Assembly: GCA_036172245.1 (NCBI GenBank)
Contig: JAYWIR010000087.1
Span: forward strand, 1 to 64,000
Reading direction: 5' to 3'
Length of the DNA: 64,000 bases
From: Raillietiella orientalis
Taxonomy: Eukaryota
The notes beneath the pieces were generated by a model. That model made no database searches. It saw nothing but the letters and a program-made list of their open reading frames with translations, and had not been told where the DNA came from. The position numbers were made by a program, and so were the translations under genes. Below are positions 37,550 to 51,200 of this stretch, piece after piece. Position 1 is the first letter of the stretch; every line of letters starts with the position of its first letter.

Positions 37550-40500
37550 TGCTGCCTAATCCTCCACCCACACCACGCACAAGCACCAACGGAAATGGAA
37601 CTCAGGAGCAACGAAAAGACACCTCCGCTCGACGCTCCGGAATCTCCAGTACTGGGACCTTTTTAAGGAATCGGTCCGCGAGTTCTGTTTGCAGTTCCCC
37701 CTGGATCGCCTGCCCCCCGTATTCGGAGAGGGTGCTCGCAACCATCGGGCCTATTTACAGGCTCGTAGGTACGAGAGAACCCTTAATGTCCGTCTCCTGG
37801 CTAAGTACCGCGCCTGGGCCGAACGCCAAGCCTGGTAATCCGGGTCGGCCAGCTTGCTGGACGACCAGGGCCGGGAATGTTCGTCCCCGGCGTCGGTACG
37901 GCATCTCGTGCATAGTTTGTATTCCTGTCTTTACACCAGGGAGCCCCCGGATTGAAACGCCTCTCATCGCTTGCTTCCGGATGGCGTCCCGGCAATAGGG
38001 GAGGAGGAGATGGAATGCCTCGACGAGGCTTTTACCACCGGCGAAACTCTCGCCGGTATCAAAAGGCTCAAGAGGCGTAAAGCTCCAGGGGAAGAAGGCT
38101 TGCCCGCGGAGTTCTTTTAGAGCTTCGCGGAAGAGCTGGCACCCCTGCTGCTTAAGTTGATCAGGCTGATCCGAGACGAAGGCGATGTTCCCGCCTCGTT
38201 TCGGTCAGCCAGAGTAAGGCTCCTTCCGAAAGGGATAGACCTCAGGGATTTAAAGAACTGGCGTCCGATCACGATCGTGAATACGGACGTCGAGTTGATA
38301 GCAGGGCTATGGGCTTCGCGTCTGGGGCAGGTGGCAGAATCCGTAATTAGCCCGGAGCAGACTTATGCTGTTCCCGGGCGAAGTATGGATGCCAACCTCT
38401 TTTTCGCAAGCACATGGGTGCACCTGCAGAGAAGACAAAAGAAAGGGATAGAGAAAGTCGGCAACCCTACATTGCGGCCGCCAGTCGGGCTGGGAAGAAA
38501 CCCTCGGGCGGGGAAGGGGGCCCTAGCGCTCTCAGTCGACCTCCACAAGGCGTTCGACTGTGTAGACCAGGAACTCCTCTTGGAGCTCCTGGGTCGCATG
38601 GGCTTCCCACCTTCCCTGATTACCTACCTGCGCTCTTGCTGACGGAATGCGATGATTACCGTCTGTTTCAGTGGACAGAAGGTGTATGGCGTGCCGGTGC
38701 GGCGGGGCATAAGGCAGGGCGATAGCCTCAGCCCCCTGCTCTTTAGCACCTACTTTGAGTTGGTGCTGAGAGCGTACAGGGTGACTTTGGCCCTCTTGCC
38801 GAGCTCGTGCCCCGGCCCGCCCGCCGTAGCAGCGTACGCCGACGATCTTCTGCTCTTGTTGCCAATGTCCACCCCGGCAAATGCGGTCGGAGACTTCTTC
38901 GATCTGCTCAGCCGCGGGATCGGACTGCAGGTTAACAGGGCGAAGTCGTCGGTTGTGTCAATAGGTGCGGCGTGGGCAGGGCAGCAGGACTGGGTCCGTC
39001 TGGGGATCCCTTTGGCGAGGTGCTTTAAGTACCGCGGTGTGCCGTTGGGGGACTTCTCCCCTGCGGAAGCGTGGTCCAGCTGCCTCCAAAAAGTCGAGAC
39101 GGCGATCGGCCCGTTCCTGGAAGGCAAGTTTCACTTGCCGGAACGGGCCGCGGTTTGGAACGCCTTCGCGGCCCCCATCCTTTGCCCCTTGCTTTTTGTT
39201 TGCCCCCCCACCGTGGAATCCAAGAAGAGGACAAAGGACCTCCTCCGTATCGCCCTTTGGGGCAAGGGGAGGCCCCGAGTCCCTCTGAAGCACTTGTGCG
39301 CTCCGCGTCGAGACGGCGGTCTTGGCCTCCTGACGCTGGAGCGCGCGGAGAAGCAGCTGCGGTGGCGAACCCTCGCCATCGACACTAAGATGTGGAGCAC
39401 CCCTTGGTGCACTCCGGCCGGCCTCCTGGCCTGCCGTGTGTCCCGGTGCGATGGACTCGCGTCTTTTCTTCTGAGCCGTGGCCAGATGCGAAGATGCGGC
39501 CTACTCCACCGGCGCATGGCAACATTGGCTAAGGAGAACAGCTGGATGGTTTGCTGCCCCCCCAACTCCACCGCCTGGCTGGAGGAGAATATTGAAACGT
39601 GGGCAGTAGTTAACCAGAGGAGAAACGAAACGTGGAATCGTCTCCGATGCAGCCCCTACGCCCGCTGCACGCTGCGGAATCTCCTGGATTGTCCAGCAAG
39701 ATGCACCTGGGCATAGACGACCTGCCTAGCTACGGCGCTGCCCTTCCTGAGGAGGGCACTTCACAGCAGCCGGACGCCAATGTGGCAAGTCTCCTGCTGC
39801 ATCGAGGGACGCTAGAAGTTGATCAGCGGCTGGACAACAGGAGAACTGGCCGACACCACGACCCCGAGCGTCCAGCCGCAAGGATTAAGAAGATAGGGCG
39901 AGCTGCTGGCCATCCCTATGGATGTGCTGAAGTGGCCCCCGCTTCTTCAGGAATCCAGGATCCTGTTGCTTAAGTGGAAAGATTCGGCGTTGCTGTTGTT
40001 GCATTGGGGTTTACCCTGCAACGCACGCCGCTCTCACTGGACAAGAGGAGTTGTGGATCCTGCGTGTGTCAGGTGCGGAGAGCGGGAATCGCTCTCCCAC
40101 CTTATTGTGAACTGTGCTGCCCTTCGTCCCCTTTGCGAACGGTTTGGGACGATCCTCGGTCTCCCAACGGGCAGTTCCCCTAGAGACGTTCTTCGGCCCC
40201 TCTTCGTGAAGGACGTTCTGCAGCCAGCCGCAGCCCTTGCAGCCTTGTGCTTCGTCCGAGGCATCGTGGCGGCATGGAGCGACACCAACAAGGAAGGAGT
40301 GGGTCAACACGCGAGGGATGTCATCCCATATGCCCAACGCTTCTTGCGGAGAGCTGCTGGATGGCCCCAACTGAGGAATATACGGATGGACTTCGAGAAC
40401 TTCCTTCAACGGATGGGCCCTCCTCTCAGCGAACAGTGATCCCTTCCCTGTCCCCCATCCTCATTTTTTTTTTGCCTTTTGCTTTTATTTTTGTTTTTCC

Positions 40501-42298
40501 CCATCCCCTTTCGCTACCGGGGAGTGCCACGCCGGGCTGCGTCCCGGTGTCCCGGCAGTTCCGGTATTGCGTGGCCGTCAGTGGGGCCTTGTACCACGTT
40601 CTGTAGGCCACAATCTTCGATGGCTACGATAGCCTTTTCGGAGAACCGGCTGCCGCGCGTGTGACCATTTAGAAGGATAGTGGGCCTCCCCACAAACAAG
40701 AGGTCAATGACCAGGACGTAGACCTCTGGTACGTGGGGAAACTTCGCTTTTGTGGCTACTGCAATGCAGTAGGACACTTGCGCAAGCGAGGCCTGAACAT
40801 TGTGTGCCACTTAAGCGGGAAGAAGGGCCACGTGCGCCGCTTATGCCCTAAACGTGTCACTCCAAAGCCGCCTGCCGCAAAGAAAGCGCAAGCAAAACGC
40901 GGAAAACTGGTCGAAAGGCCAAAAAGAGATACTGGTTGGCAACAGCCGCTAGCCCTTGTTCCTCCCACACAGGCGTCGAAAGAAAAACCATCCGAAGACG
41001 CGGGAGTTCAAAACGGCTGGCAGTTGGTAAAGGCCAGCAAGGAGAAAAAGGTGCCCTCCGCGGAACCCGCGAAAGCGATAAAAAAGACAGCCGGCAAGGC
41101 GAAAAAACCTGGGCCGCGCTCGAAGACCATGCGGGAATGTACGGTGGCACTGGAGCGCATAGCCGTTCCCGAGACTGCCACTCAGGGCGACGAGCCTTCC
41201 CTCGCCGCTTCCGCCGTCCCCGAGGTTCGCGACGACAAACCCTCTGTTTGCACAAAGGGTCTGCCGCGCGAAGCGCGCGTTGAAAGCGAAGACGTCGCGT
41301 TCGCGCAGGCGGCGGAGGAGCGCGAGGCCTCGCTGGCCGAGCGTGAGAACTCCTCACGCAAGGCCGTGCGCAGGCCGACTCCGCCGAAGAAGGCCCCCCG
41401 CAGGTGAGTGCGACTTGGGGGCCGGAAGTGCATCCTCCTTGTCGGAGGCACCCCCCGGAAGAAGAGACGCAAGTCCCAAAAGCCGAGGAGGCGCTTCCCC
41501 TCCACGAGCGAGGAAGAGAAGCAGGAAGCCGACGGCAGCGTGGGAATCCAGGAGGGGGAAATCCCACGCGCGGAAGTTGTCGAGCAGGTCACCCCCATGG
41601 AGGAGGGTGAGCAGGGGGGCGAAGTCCTCCTTGCCGGCGCAAACCCTGTACAGCCCACCCTTATGGAGGAAGGCCAACAGGTAGGCGCGACCCCACTGGA
41701 GGATGACCCGCCCGACGCGCGTCACCGATGGAGCAGGGGAACCAGGTGATCGAGGCACCTGTCCCTCCTGCTCCACCTAGCGTCCCACCCCAACAGGTGG
41801 CGGACGCCGCAGAGCCGCATTTCCAGGAATGACACCTGGGCTCGCCAGTCGCCGTCGGATTCGCGCCGCCTGTTGCAACGTCAACGGGCTGCGCGACGAC
41901 GGTAACAGGCGAGATAGGGCCTACACCCTGCGTGAGCTCGACCTGGCCCTGCAGCAGGAGATCAACGTGATCACCGTGGCAGACGCACAGGAGATCGAGA
42001 CGATCGCATGGGGTCGGTTGTATTGCCGATGCAACCTCCACAAAACCTGCTGGGTCTCGTTCTTCGTGAAGCCGGCCATCAACGCTGCCGTGAAGGGCGT
42101 GGGCTCCGATGACGACGGTCGGGTCATTCAGCTGGTTCTCAGCTGGTCCGACTCGATCGAACTGATCGTCACGAATGTGTACGCCCCCAGCGGTAAACAG
42201 TGATACAGAAACCGCACCAGGCTGCTGAAAACCCTGAAGCGCGACTGGCTGGCGGACACGAACGTGCGGAAGGCTCACCTGATAGCGGGAGATTTCAA

Positions 42299-45200
42299 CC
42301 GAGTGCGGACGTGTTTTTCTTCGCTCTCGTCTCCGTGCTTCCATCCGCTTTATCTTGGGGTCGTACATTTTGACGACGATGTCGACCCCACCCGAAGCTA
42401 CTGAAGTTGGAGGAACAGCATCCGGATCTGCAATGGCGGAACCGACGGCCGCCTCCACTTCGTCTTTTTCACCAATGGAGAGGAGTTTTGCTGACGTTGC
42501 TGCCACAGCAGCCGTCAAAGGGAAACCACTCGACGAGTCGGAGTTGCGGGCATACGTAGCCCAAGGCTATAGACCTGCTCTCCGATATTAGGTGAGTGGT
42601 TTTCTTTCTGCGCGCGACGGGAATCAGTTCAACGATTGAACTGACCCGTGTTGACGTGCGGGAGGAGGACCTCCTCGCCATTATGCCCGTAAAAGACATG
42701 GGCTATTTCAAGGTGCGTTGCAAAGAAGCTGCACTTGTGCAACGCTTACTGCGCACCCCGTTGTCGATCCGTGGGCAGAAGGTCTTCCCGGCCGCCATGG
42801 ACGACTCATTTGAGGCGGAGATTTTCGACATCGGGTTGGAAATCTCGGATATTGATATTCCGAACGCGTTGGCGAAATTCGCCACTGTCCATGCGCTGTG
42901 GAGGGTGCCTAGCAACCTCAAGGACTTCCCGTCCATACACAGCAGAGTCGCTGGTGTCCGGCTTACAATGCCGGACCGCTGTCTGCTGCCCACCAAACTA
43001 CAGGTGAAAGACACAATCGTTCACCTGTGGTTCGTAGGCAAAGTAAGAAAGTGCGAGCAATAAGGGAAGGAGGTGCATTGTTTGGATAAATGCTTCTCTC
43101 AGAATGCCGTTATTGCAAACTATCCGGGCATCAATTGAAAAATTGCCCGGATCTTTTGCAAAAAAGGCAGCCGCGGAGCTCCATCCTAAAAAACAAAGCG
43201 CGGAAAAAAAGAAAAAATCTGCGAAAGACCTCGAGACCCCACGGCAGAAATTCCGTAAGAACGCTAGGCGGAATGTCGCCCCAAAGCAGCAGGGTACCTC
43301 GCACGCGAAGCCCTGCGCGCCCCCTTTCGCGGCAAGGGAGCCGCAAAAGAAAGGCTGCGGTGAATCCGGGACAATGATAAGTCTCCCTAGACGCAAAAGC
43401 TGTCCTTCCCAAGCACGCCCGGCTCTCTCGGAGTTCAAGCAACCGGCGGGGACGCCAATGAACAACGACAATAAGGACACTTCCAGTACCGTCAGATCCA
43501 ATCCTACAGCACCTGCAGTGGCTGAGAAGCCCAAATCGGGTAAGAAAGGTATTGCCGTGTCGACTTCGAACGTCGGCAAAAAACAATCCGCGTCACGATC
43601 CAACACCGCGAAAGCGGAGAAAAATCTCACGCCGTCGCAGTCGGAGAGCAAGCTCTCGACTGGCGCGGATGCCATGCCAACGAAGGGATTCAAGGCCCTT
43701 CCGAAGGCAGCGTCCATGACGAGAGTGTCGGAGCCATCGAGAGTGCTCCCGTCAAAAGACGCGTATGGCTTCAAAGATGGCAATAGAGCACAATCTCCAT
43801 TTACGGCGGCACGCGAAGTGAGGAACCGTAATGAAGTGAAGAAGACTTCAGCAAAGGTCCCTCGTGCAACTGCGCGTGAGCACGCTGAGAACGCGCGCGC
43901 CGGGAAAGCAGCCGTCACCAAAAGCGATGCTTTGGTGACGAAAAACGACAACAGGACAGCTGTCAATCCAGCAGAACGTGTGACTACTTCGCGGAAGGCC
44001 GAAACCCGATCAAACATGCGCCGTTCGGACTCGGAAATGGATATAGTTCCGATCACCGAGACGAGGACAACTCGTTCAAAAGCGTGTGCGCGCCGATCAA
44101 AAGTAGGGAGCCAGGCAACGCTCGCCGCGAAGCAACGCGAAGTCTCCACGAAACCCGACGGGGTTAAGCCTGGCGTGATGTCATTACATGCATACAGCAC
44201 GACAGAGGACGGTGGCGAATGTCCTCTCCAGCCAGTCGTCCTGCTCTCCGTCTGCTTGCCGGATAAAACGAGCAAAAAGCCGCCACCTCCTCAGCAGTGA
44301 TGCGGGGTATCGCGTCTTCTCTTCGTCTGTCCGTAACGTGTTGGAACGCGAACGGACTACAGAAGGACGAGAAGAGGCGAATAGTAGCCAACACCCTGCG
44401 CTCCTTCGACGTGGCGCTCCCGCAGTAGATTCACGTAATCTCCTACAAGCAGGCAGCCGAAATCGCGGAGCGCGCAGGCGGAACGCTACATTGGCGGTGC
44501 GGGGGCGCACACACGTGCGGCGTCGCGTTCCTCGTAAGTGGAAAAACTGCGGAAGCGGTGCGTAGTGTTCGTTTCGACGACGACGGACGGAAAGGCCAGC
44601 TTGTCATCAAGTGGTCCGAGTTTATCGATCTCGTCGTTACGAACGTCTACGCGCCGAGTGGCTCTCGCTACCTCGAAGAAAGAGTAGCTTTCTTTGGTGA
44701 GGTGCAGAGTCACTGCTCCAACAACTCCGGCTTCCAAGTGGCGCACCTCGTTGCTGGGGACTTCAACGTCCGCCTGCTTTCCGACGATTGGAGCCGCCCG
44801 AGGGAGCACGCGCATCTCATGGAGATGTGCGCGTCCGTGCACGCCGCCAACTTGATGGTCAGCGAACCTGAAATGGAAAGAAGGCTGGATCACGTTTTCC
44901 TCGATAAAAACCTGCATTCGCGTGTGGGTAGGACAGGAAGATTGTTGACTAGGCACTCTGACCACCACAGGTTGGAGTTTGAGATCGTTCCGCGAAGCAG
45001 GGGGCCTTTGTTGCAAAACTGGAGGATGCAGGCAGATTGGCTTAGCCTACCGGCGGCTGCGGAGCATCTACGTGGATAGCTCCGAGGCTTTGCTATTTAA
45101 GAAATTGCTGACTGGGACGATCTCAAAAGATCTGTCCGCGAGCACGGCAGCCAATTCCCCTTGCACCGGCTTCCACCGGTTTTGGAGAAGGCATGGCCAA

Positions 45201-48200
45201 CGGTAGAGACTTTCTGCAGACCCGCACGTTTTCGAGACGCGCGGATGTCGAACGTCTCGCGGAGTACAAGGCGAGGGCCGAGCGCCACGTCTGGCAGTCC
45301 GGAGCAGCATGCCTGCTGGACGACAAGGGCAAGGAATGTTCGGCTTCAGCCGAAGTATGCCGCATTGTGAGACGCTACTACTCCTCGCTGTACGCGGAAT
45401 CTCCAACGGAGGATATTCTCTCTGAGATACAACTGTGTCAGGATGATCGTGTTGTCGGCGAGAAGGAACGCGAAGGACTCAACGAGCCCTTAACGGCGGA
45501 TGAATTTTCGTCTGCCATTGCTGTGCTGAAGAGACGGAAGGCGCCATTCGAGGATGGGCTACCTGCAGAGTTTTATCAGTGCTTTGAAGTGGAGCTCATT
45601 CCCTTGATGCTGAGACTAGCGACGGTGATGAGTGAATCCGGGAATGTCCCGGATTCCTTCCGCTCAGCGAAGGTGCGTCTCCTGCCGAAAGGCGAAGACT
45701 TGCGTGAACTTAACAACTGGCATCCCATCACCTTGGTGAACTCCGATATCAAGTGGTATTCCAAGCTGGGGGTCGTGCGGTTACGAAGTATCGCGGAATC
45801 TGTGGTGAGTCCGGAACAAACCTACACGGTTCCGGGACGATCCATGGAGGCGAACATCCTCTTCGCGCGTACATGGATGCAGCTGCAGGAAGTTGTGACG
45901 AAGCAAAGCCAGGCTGCTGCGAAAGTCACTGCCGCAGGCAAGAAGAACAGGCGCCGACAGCAGGAGGGAACGCCATGCGCCTTGGCGGTCGCGGTCGTTC
46001 TCCACAAGGCGTTCGCCTGCGTAAACTAGAAGCTGCTCTTGGAGCTTATAGAAAGCCTTGGGTTTCCGGCGCAACTCCTGCTGTATTTGCACCCGTGCTG
46101 GCGCCAGGCGCTAACCTGCATCACTTTCAGCGGCTGCTGCGTGTATGGTATTCCCGTTCGTAGGGGCATCCGAAAGGGCGACAGCTTAATCCCGTTGCTC
46201 TTCAGCATCTTCTTTTCGTTGGTGCTAAGAGCATACAGGCTGACGCTGTCTCACTTGCCAAGCTCCTGCCCGGGAACGCCAGCTGTGGCCGCCTACGCTT
46301 ATGACCTGCTTCTTCTGCTCCCCATGTCCACCCCGGCGTCTAGTGTCGAAAATTTGTTCGACCTCATTCGTCGGGGAGCTTGTGTGAGCGTGAACAGAAA
46401 GAAGAGCGTGGTCGTTCCTGTCGGTACGTCGTGGGAGGGGCAGTCCGACTGGATCCGCTTGGGGATCTCCACGGGCGGGTACTTTAAGTACCTTGACGTT
46501 CCGTTGGGCGCTTACGGCGCAGCCGTCGCGTGGGCGGACTGTCTTAAGAAAGCACAGTTAGCCATCAGCCCGTTCTTAAACAGCAAGTTTACATTGCAGG
46601 AACAAGCGACTGTTTGAAACACTTTTGTGGCCCCCCTCCACCGTCCCCTGTTTTCTGTTTTGGGCCCCCCCTATGCGGCGAAACAGAGGGCTAAACGCCT
46701 GCTCAGGAACGCTCTCTGTGAACCGGCGAGATCCAGGAACCGCCTTAAAGATTTGTAAGCTCCGCGTCGGGATGCTGGTTTGAGTATCCTGACAATGAAG
46801 CGAATCGGACTGCAGGTGCAGTTCCTACTGCTGGCACTGTGTACCCAGCTATGGACATCCCCCCTGTGTGTGCCAACCCGCGTACTCCTGCGAAGATGCG
46901 CCGGCAGCGGAGGATTTCTCTCGCTTCTGCCGGGCACTCAATACAGGAAGCGGGGTTTCGGGTTTCCATTGCGGCAGTTGACCGCACTTCTGGAAGCTCA
47001 CACGTGGATCTCCTTTCGCCCAATGAACTATGAAGCTTGGCGGCAGAAGTCCGTTAAATCCTGAGCGGCGTTACAAGAAATACGCCCTGAATATCTTCGC
47101 CCTTTGCGCCAATTTTTTCCACGATTCTTGGAAGAAGTACTGCAGGACGAGGTGAGGTTTTCAACCCTGGCTGCCACGCCTCTTGCCGCAGCTCTGTCTG
47201 CCCTCAGGGCAAGTAACGACAGTTACCAACCAACGAGGTGGGAGGATTTCTGCACGATAGCGGGAAAAACAAAACTTCTTGGCGCCTCGAAGGCGAGTGA
47301 GTTGGCGGACGCCGCCACTCCTCGTGTTACTGCAAAGGGACTCCTCCGGTGGGCAGAAGAACTTGCTGTCACCCCCGAAGAACTTGCAGTGTCTCCACAG
47401 TGCATTGACAGTTTGCTGCTCCCCCTTGCTTGGAAACAAGCCGTGCTGCTTTTCGTTCACTGGAATTTTCAGTGCAACGAGCGTTGGCATCGGGACTCCG
47501 GTGGACTTGCTTCTCCGAACTGCGTTCGGTGCGGATCGACGGAGTCGATTCCGCACCTACTTCTGGACTGCGCTGTCCTACAAGGACTGTAGCGTAGGCT
47601 GGCAACAGCACTAATGCATCCCGTGGACACCGCTAGAGACTTGCGGCGACGATTCTTCACGCCGAGAGGGCTGTCACTAAGCGCAAGGATTGCAACCATT
47701 GGTTGCATACGCGCGATAGTTTCCGTCCGCAAGGCGTTGGTAATCAAAGGGCAGCACCAAGAGGTTACCAGCAAAGCATCCTTCTACATGGGAGCATCCG
47801 CTAGATGGCCTCATTTGACAGAGGAGACAAAAAGGAATCTCGCCGCATTACACCGCCGGTTTACACACGCTCAGCAGCGGCCAACCCGGTGATCATTGCC
47901 CTATCCTCCATAAACTATTTTTGTATTTTCTTTTTACACCCGCGTCCCCATAGGCACCGGAACATTCCAGGTGCTCATCGTAAAAATCCTGGTGAGTACG
48001 GAGCCTATCCAAAAACCCGTTACCCTTCCCTCCAGTTTTTGATTTTTGTTTGTTTCCCCTAATTCCTTCCACGCTGCGAGCGGTTTGTTTACCTGTCCTG
48101 CGTTTCAATAATTTTTCTATGTTCTCTGTCGTTCTCTTGGTTGGGGACATTGTCCCTGACCAGTTTATTATTATTAATAAACGCACCGGCGTGACCGGGT

Positions 48201-48205
48201 GATAA
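42299..48205 (+). mobile_element. Element F1: full-length LINE
   Basis: Flanked by atttcaa (42292-42298 and 48206-48212); ORF1 42379-44300, TGATG overlap, ORF2 44300-47892. Confidence 0.93.
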
Positions 48206-48212
48206 ATTTCAA

Positions 48213-51200
48213 TGGAGTGCGGACGTGTTTTTCTTCGCTCTCGTCTCCGTGCTTTCATCCGCATCATCTTGGCGTGGTGCATTGACGACGATGTCGACCC
48301 AACCCGAAGCTACTGAAGTTGGAGGAACAGCATCCGTATCTGCAATCGCGGACCTGACGACCGCCTCCAGTTCGTCTTTCTCGCCAATGGAGAGGAGTTT
48401 TGCTGACGTTGCTGCCACAGCAGCCGTCAAAGGGAAACCACTCGACGAGTCGGAGTTGCGGGCATACGTATCCCGAGGCTATAGACCTCTTCTCCGATAT
48501 AAGGTGAGTGGTTTTCTTTCTGCGCGCGACGGGAATCAGTTCAACGATGAACTGACGCGTGTTGGCGTGTGGGAGGAGGAGCTCCTCGCCATTATGCCCG
48601 TAAACGATATGGGGAATTTCAAGGTGCGTTGCAAAGACGCTGCACTTGTACGACGCTTGCTGCGCACCCCGTTGTCGATCCATGGCCAGAAGGTCTTCCC
48701 GGCCGCCATTTAGGACTCATTTGTGGCGGAGATTTTCGAAATCGAGTCGGAAATCTCCGATATTGATATTCGGAACTCGTTGGCGAAATTCGCCACGGTC
48801 CATGCGATGTGGAGGGTGCGTAGCAACCTCAAGGACTTCCCGTCCATACACAGCGGAGTCGGTGCAGTCCGGCTTACAATGCCGTTACGCCGTCTGCTGC
48901 CCACCAAACTACAGGTGAAAGACACGGTCGTTCACCTGTGGTTCGTGGGCAAAGTAAAAACGTGCGAGCAATGCGGGAAGGTGGGGCATTGTTTGGATAG
49001 ATGCCCCTCTGGAAAATGCCGTTCTTGCAAACTATCCGGGCACCAATTGAAAAATTGCCCGGATCTTTTGCGAAAAAAGTCAGCCGCGGAGCTCCATCCT
49101 AAAAAACAAAGCGCGGATAAAAAGAAAAAAACTGCGAAAGACCTCGAGACCCCACGGCAGAAATTGTGTAAAAACGCTAGGCGGAATGTCGCCCCAAAGC
49201 TGCAGGAAACCTCGCACGCTAAGCCCTGCGCGCCACCTCTCGCGGATGGGGAACCGCAAAAGAAAAAGTGCGGAGAATCCGGGGCAATGATAACTCCCCC
49301 TAGGCACAATAGCTGTCCTTCCCAAGCACGTCCGGCTCTCACGGAGTTCAAGCAACCGGCGGGGACGCCAATGGACAACGGCGGTAAGGACACTTCCAGT
49401 ACCGTCAGATCCATTCCTTCACCTCCTGCAGTGGCTGAGAAGTTCAAATCGGGTAAGAAGGGTTGTGCCGTGTCGACTTCGAAAGTCGGCAAAAAACAAT
49501 CCGCGTCGCGATCCAACACCGCGAAAGCGGAGAAAAATCTCACGTAGAAGCAGTCGGAGAGGAAGCTTTCGACTGGCGCGGATGCTGTGTCAACGAAGGG
49601 ATTTATGGCCCTTCCGAAGGCAGCGTCCATGACGAGCGTGTGGGAGCCATCAAAAGTGCTCCCGTCCCAATACGCGGATGGCTTCAAAGATGGCAATAGA
49701 GCACAATCTCTATTTACGGCGCCACGCGAAGTGAGAAACCGTAATGAAGTAAAGAAGACTTCAGCAAAGGTCCCTCGTGCAACTGCGCGTGAGCACGCTG
49801 AAAACGCGCGCGCTGGGAAAAAAGCCGTCACCAAAAGCGATGCTCTGGTGATGGAAAACGACAACAGGACAGCTGTCAATTCAGGAGAACGTGTCATTAC
49901 TTCGCGGAAGGCCGAAATCCGATCGAACATGCGCTGGTCGGACTCGGAGATGGATGTCGTTCTGATCACCGAGACGAGGACAACTCGTTCAAAAGCGTGT
50001 GCGCGCCGATCGAAAGTAGGCCGCCAGGCAACGCTCGCGGCGAAGCAACGCGAAGTCTTCACGAAAGCCGACGGGGTTTCGCCTGGCGTGGAGTCATTGG
50101 ATGCATGCAGCACGACAAAGGACGGTGGCGAACGTCCCCTCCAGCCAGTCGTCCTGCTCGCCGTCTGCTTGCCGGATAAAGCGAGCAAAAAGCCGCCACC
50201 TCCTCAGCAGTGATGCGGGGTATCGCGTCTTCTCTTCGTCTGTCCGTAACGTGTTGGAACGCGAACGGACTACAGAACGACGAGAAGAGGCGAATAGTAG
50301 CCAACACCCTGCGCTCCTTCGACGTGGCGCTCCTGCAGGAGATTTACGTAATCTCCGACGAGCAGGCAGCCGAAATAAAGAAGCGCGCAGGCTGAACGCT
50401 ACATTGGTGGTGCGGCGGCGCACTCACGTGCGGCGTCGCGTTTCTCGTACGAGGAAAAATGGCGGAAGCGTTGCGTAGTGTTCGTTTCGATGACGACGGA
50501 CGGATAGGCCAGCTTGTCATCAAGTGGTCCGAGTCCATCGATCTCGTCGTTACGAACGTCTACGCGCCAAGTGAATCTCGCTACCTCGAAGAAAGAGTAG
50601 CTTTCTTTGGTGAGGTGCAGAGCCAATGGCTCAACAACTCCCGCTTCCAAGTGGCGCACCTTGTCGCTGGGGACGTCAACGTCCGCCTGGTCTCCGACGA
50701 TTGGAGCCGCCCGAGGGAGCGCGCGCTGCCCATCGAGATGTGCACGTCCGTGCACGCCGCCATCTTGATAGTCAGCGAACTTGGAATAAAAAGATCGCTC
50801 GATCACGTTTTCCTCGATGAAAACCTGCATTCGCGTGTGGGCAGGAGAGGAAGATTGTTCACTAGGCACTCTGACCAAAACAGGTTGGGGTATGAGGTCG
50901 TTTGGCGAGGCAGGGGGCCTCCGTTGATAAACTGGAGGATGCAGGCGGATTGGCTTAGCCAACCGGAGGCTACGGAGCATCTACGTGGGTATCTTCAAAG
51001 CTTTGCCATTCAAGAACTTTCGGACTGGGACAATCTCAAAAGATCTGTCCGCGAATTCTGCTGCGAATTCCCCTTGCATTGGCTTTCACGCGGTTTCGGA
51101 GAGGGCGTGGCCAACAGTAGAGACTTTCTGAAGGCCCGCACGTTTTCCAGACGCGGGGACGTCGGAAGTCTCGCGGAGTACAAGGCGAGGGCCGAGCTCC

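Larger units (their letters stand above)
32114..37631 (-). mobile_element. Element L: full-length LINE with a perfect 17-bp TSD
   Basis: acgctccggaatctcca at 32097-32113 and 37632-37648; both termini present. Confidence 0.95.
29790..40570 (+). mobile_element. Element M: 5'-truncated LINE interrupted by L (32114-37631)
   Basis: ORF1 29843-31311 with knuckles; APE 31311-32113; ORF2 resumes at 37649 and ends at 40439. Confidence 0.88.

Noticed and set aside
42998..44275. Long antisense ORFs (425 aa here; also 48932..50188, 18718..19719 and others)
   Set aside because: Shadows of GC-rich low-complexity ORF1 on the opposite strand, with no recognisable motifs
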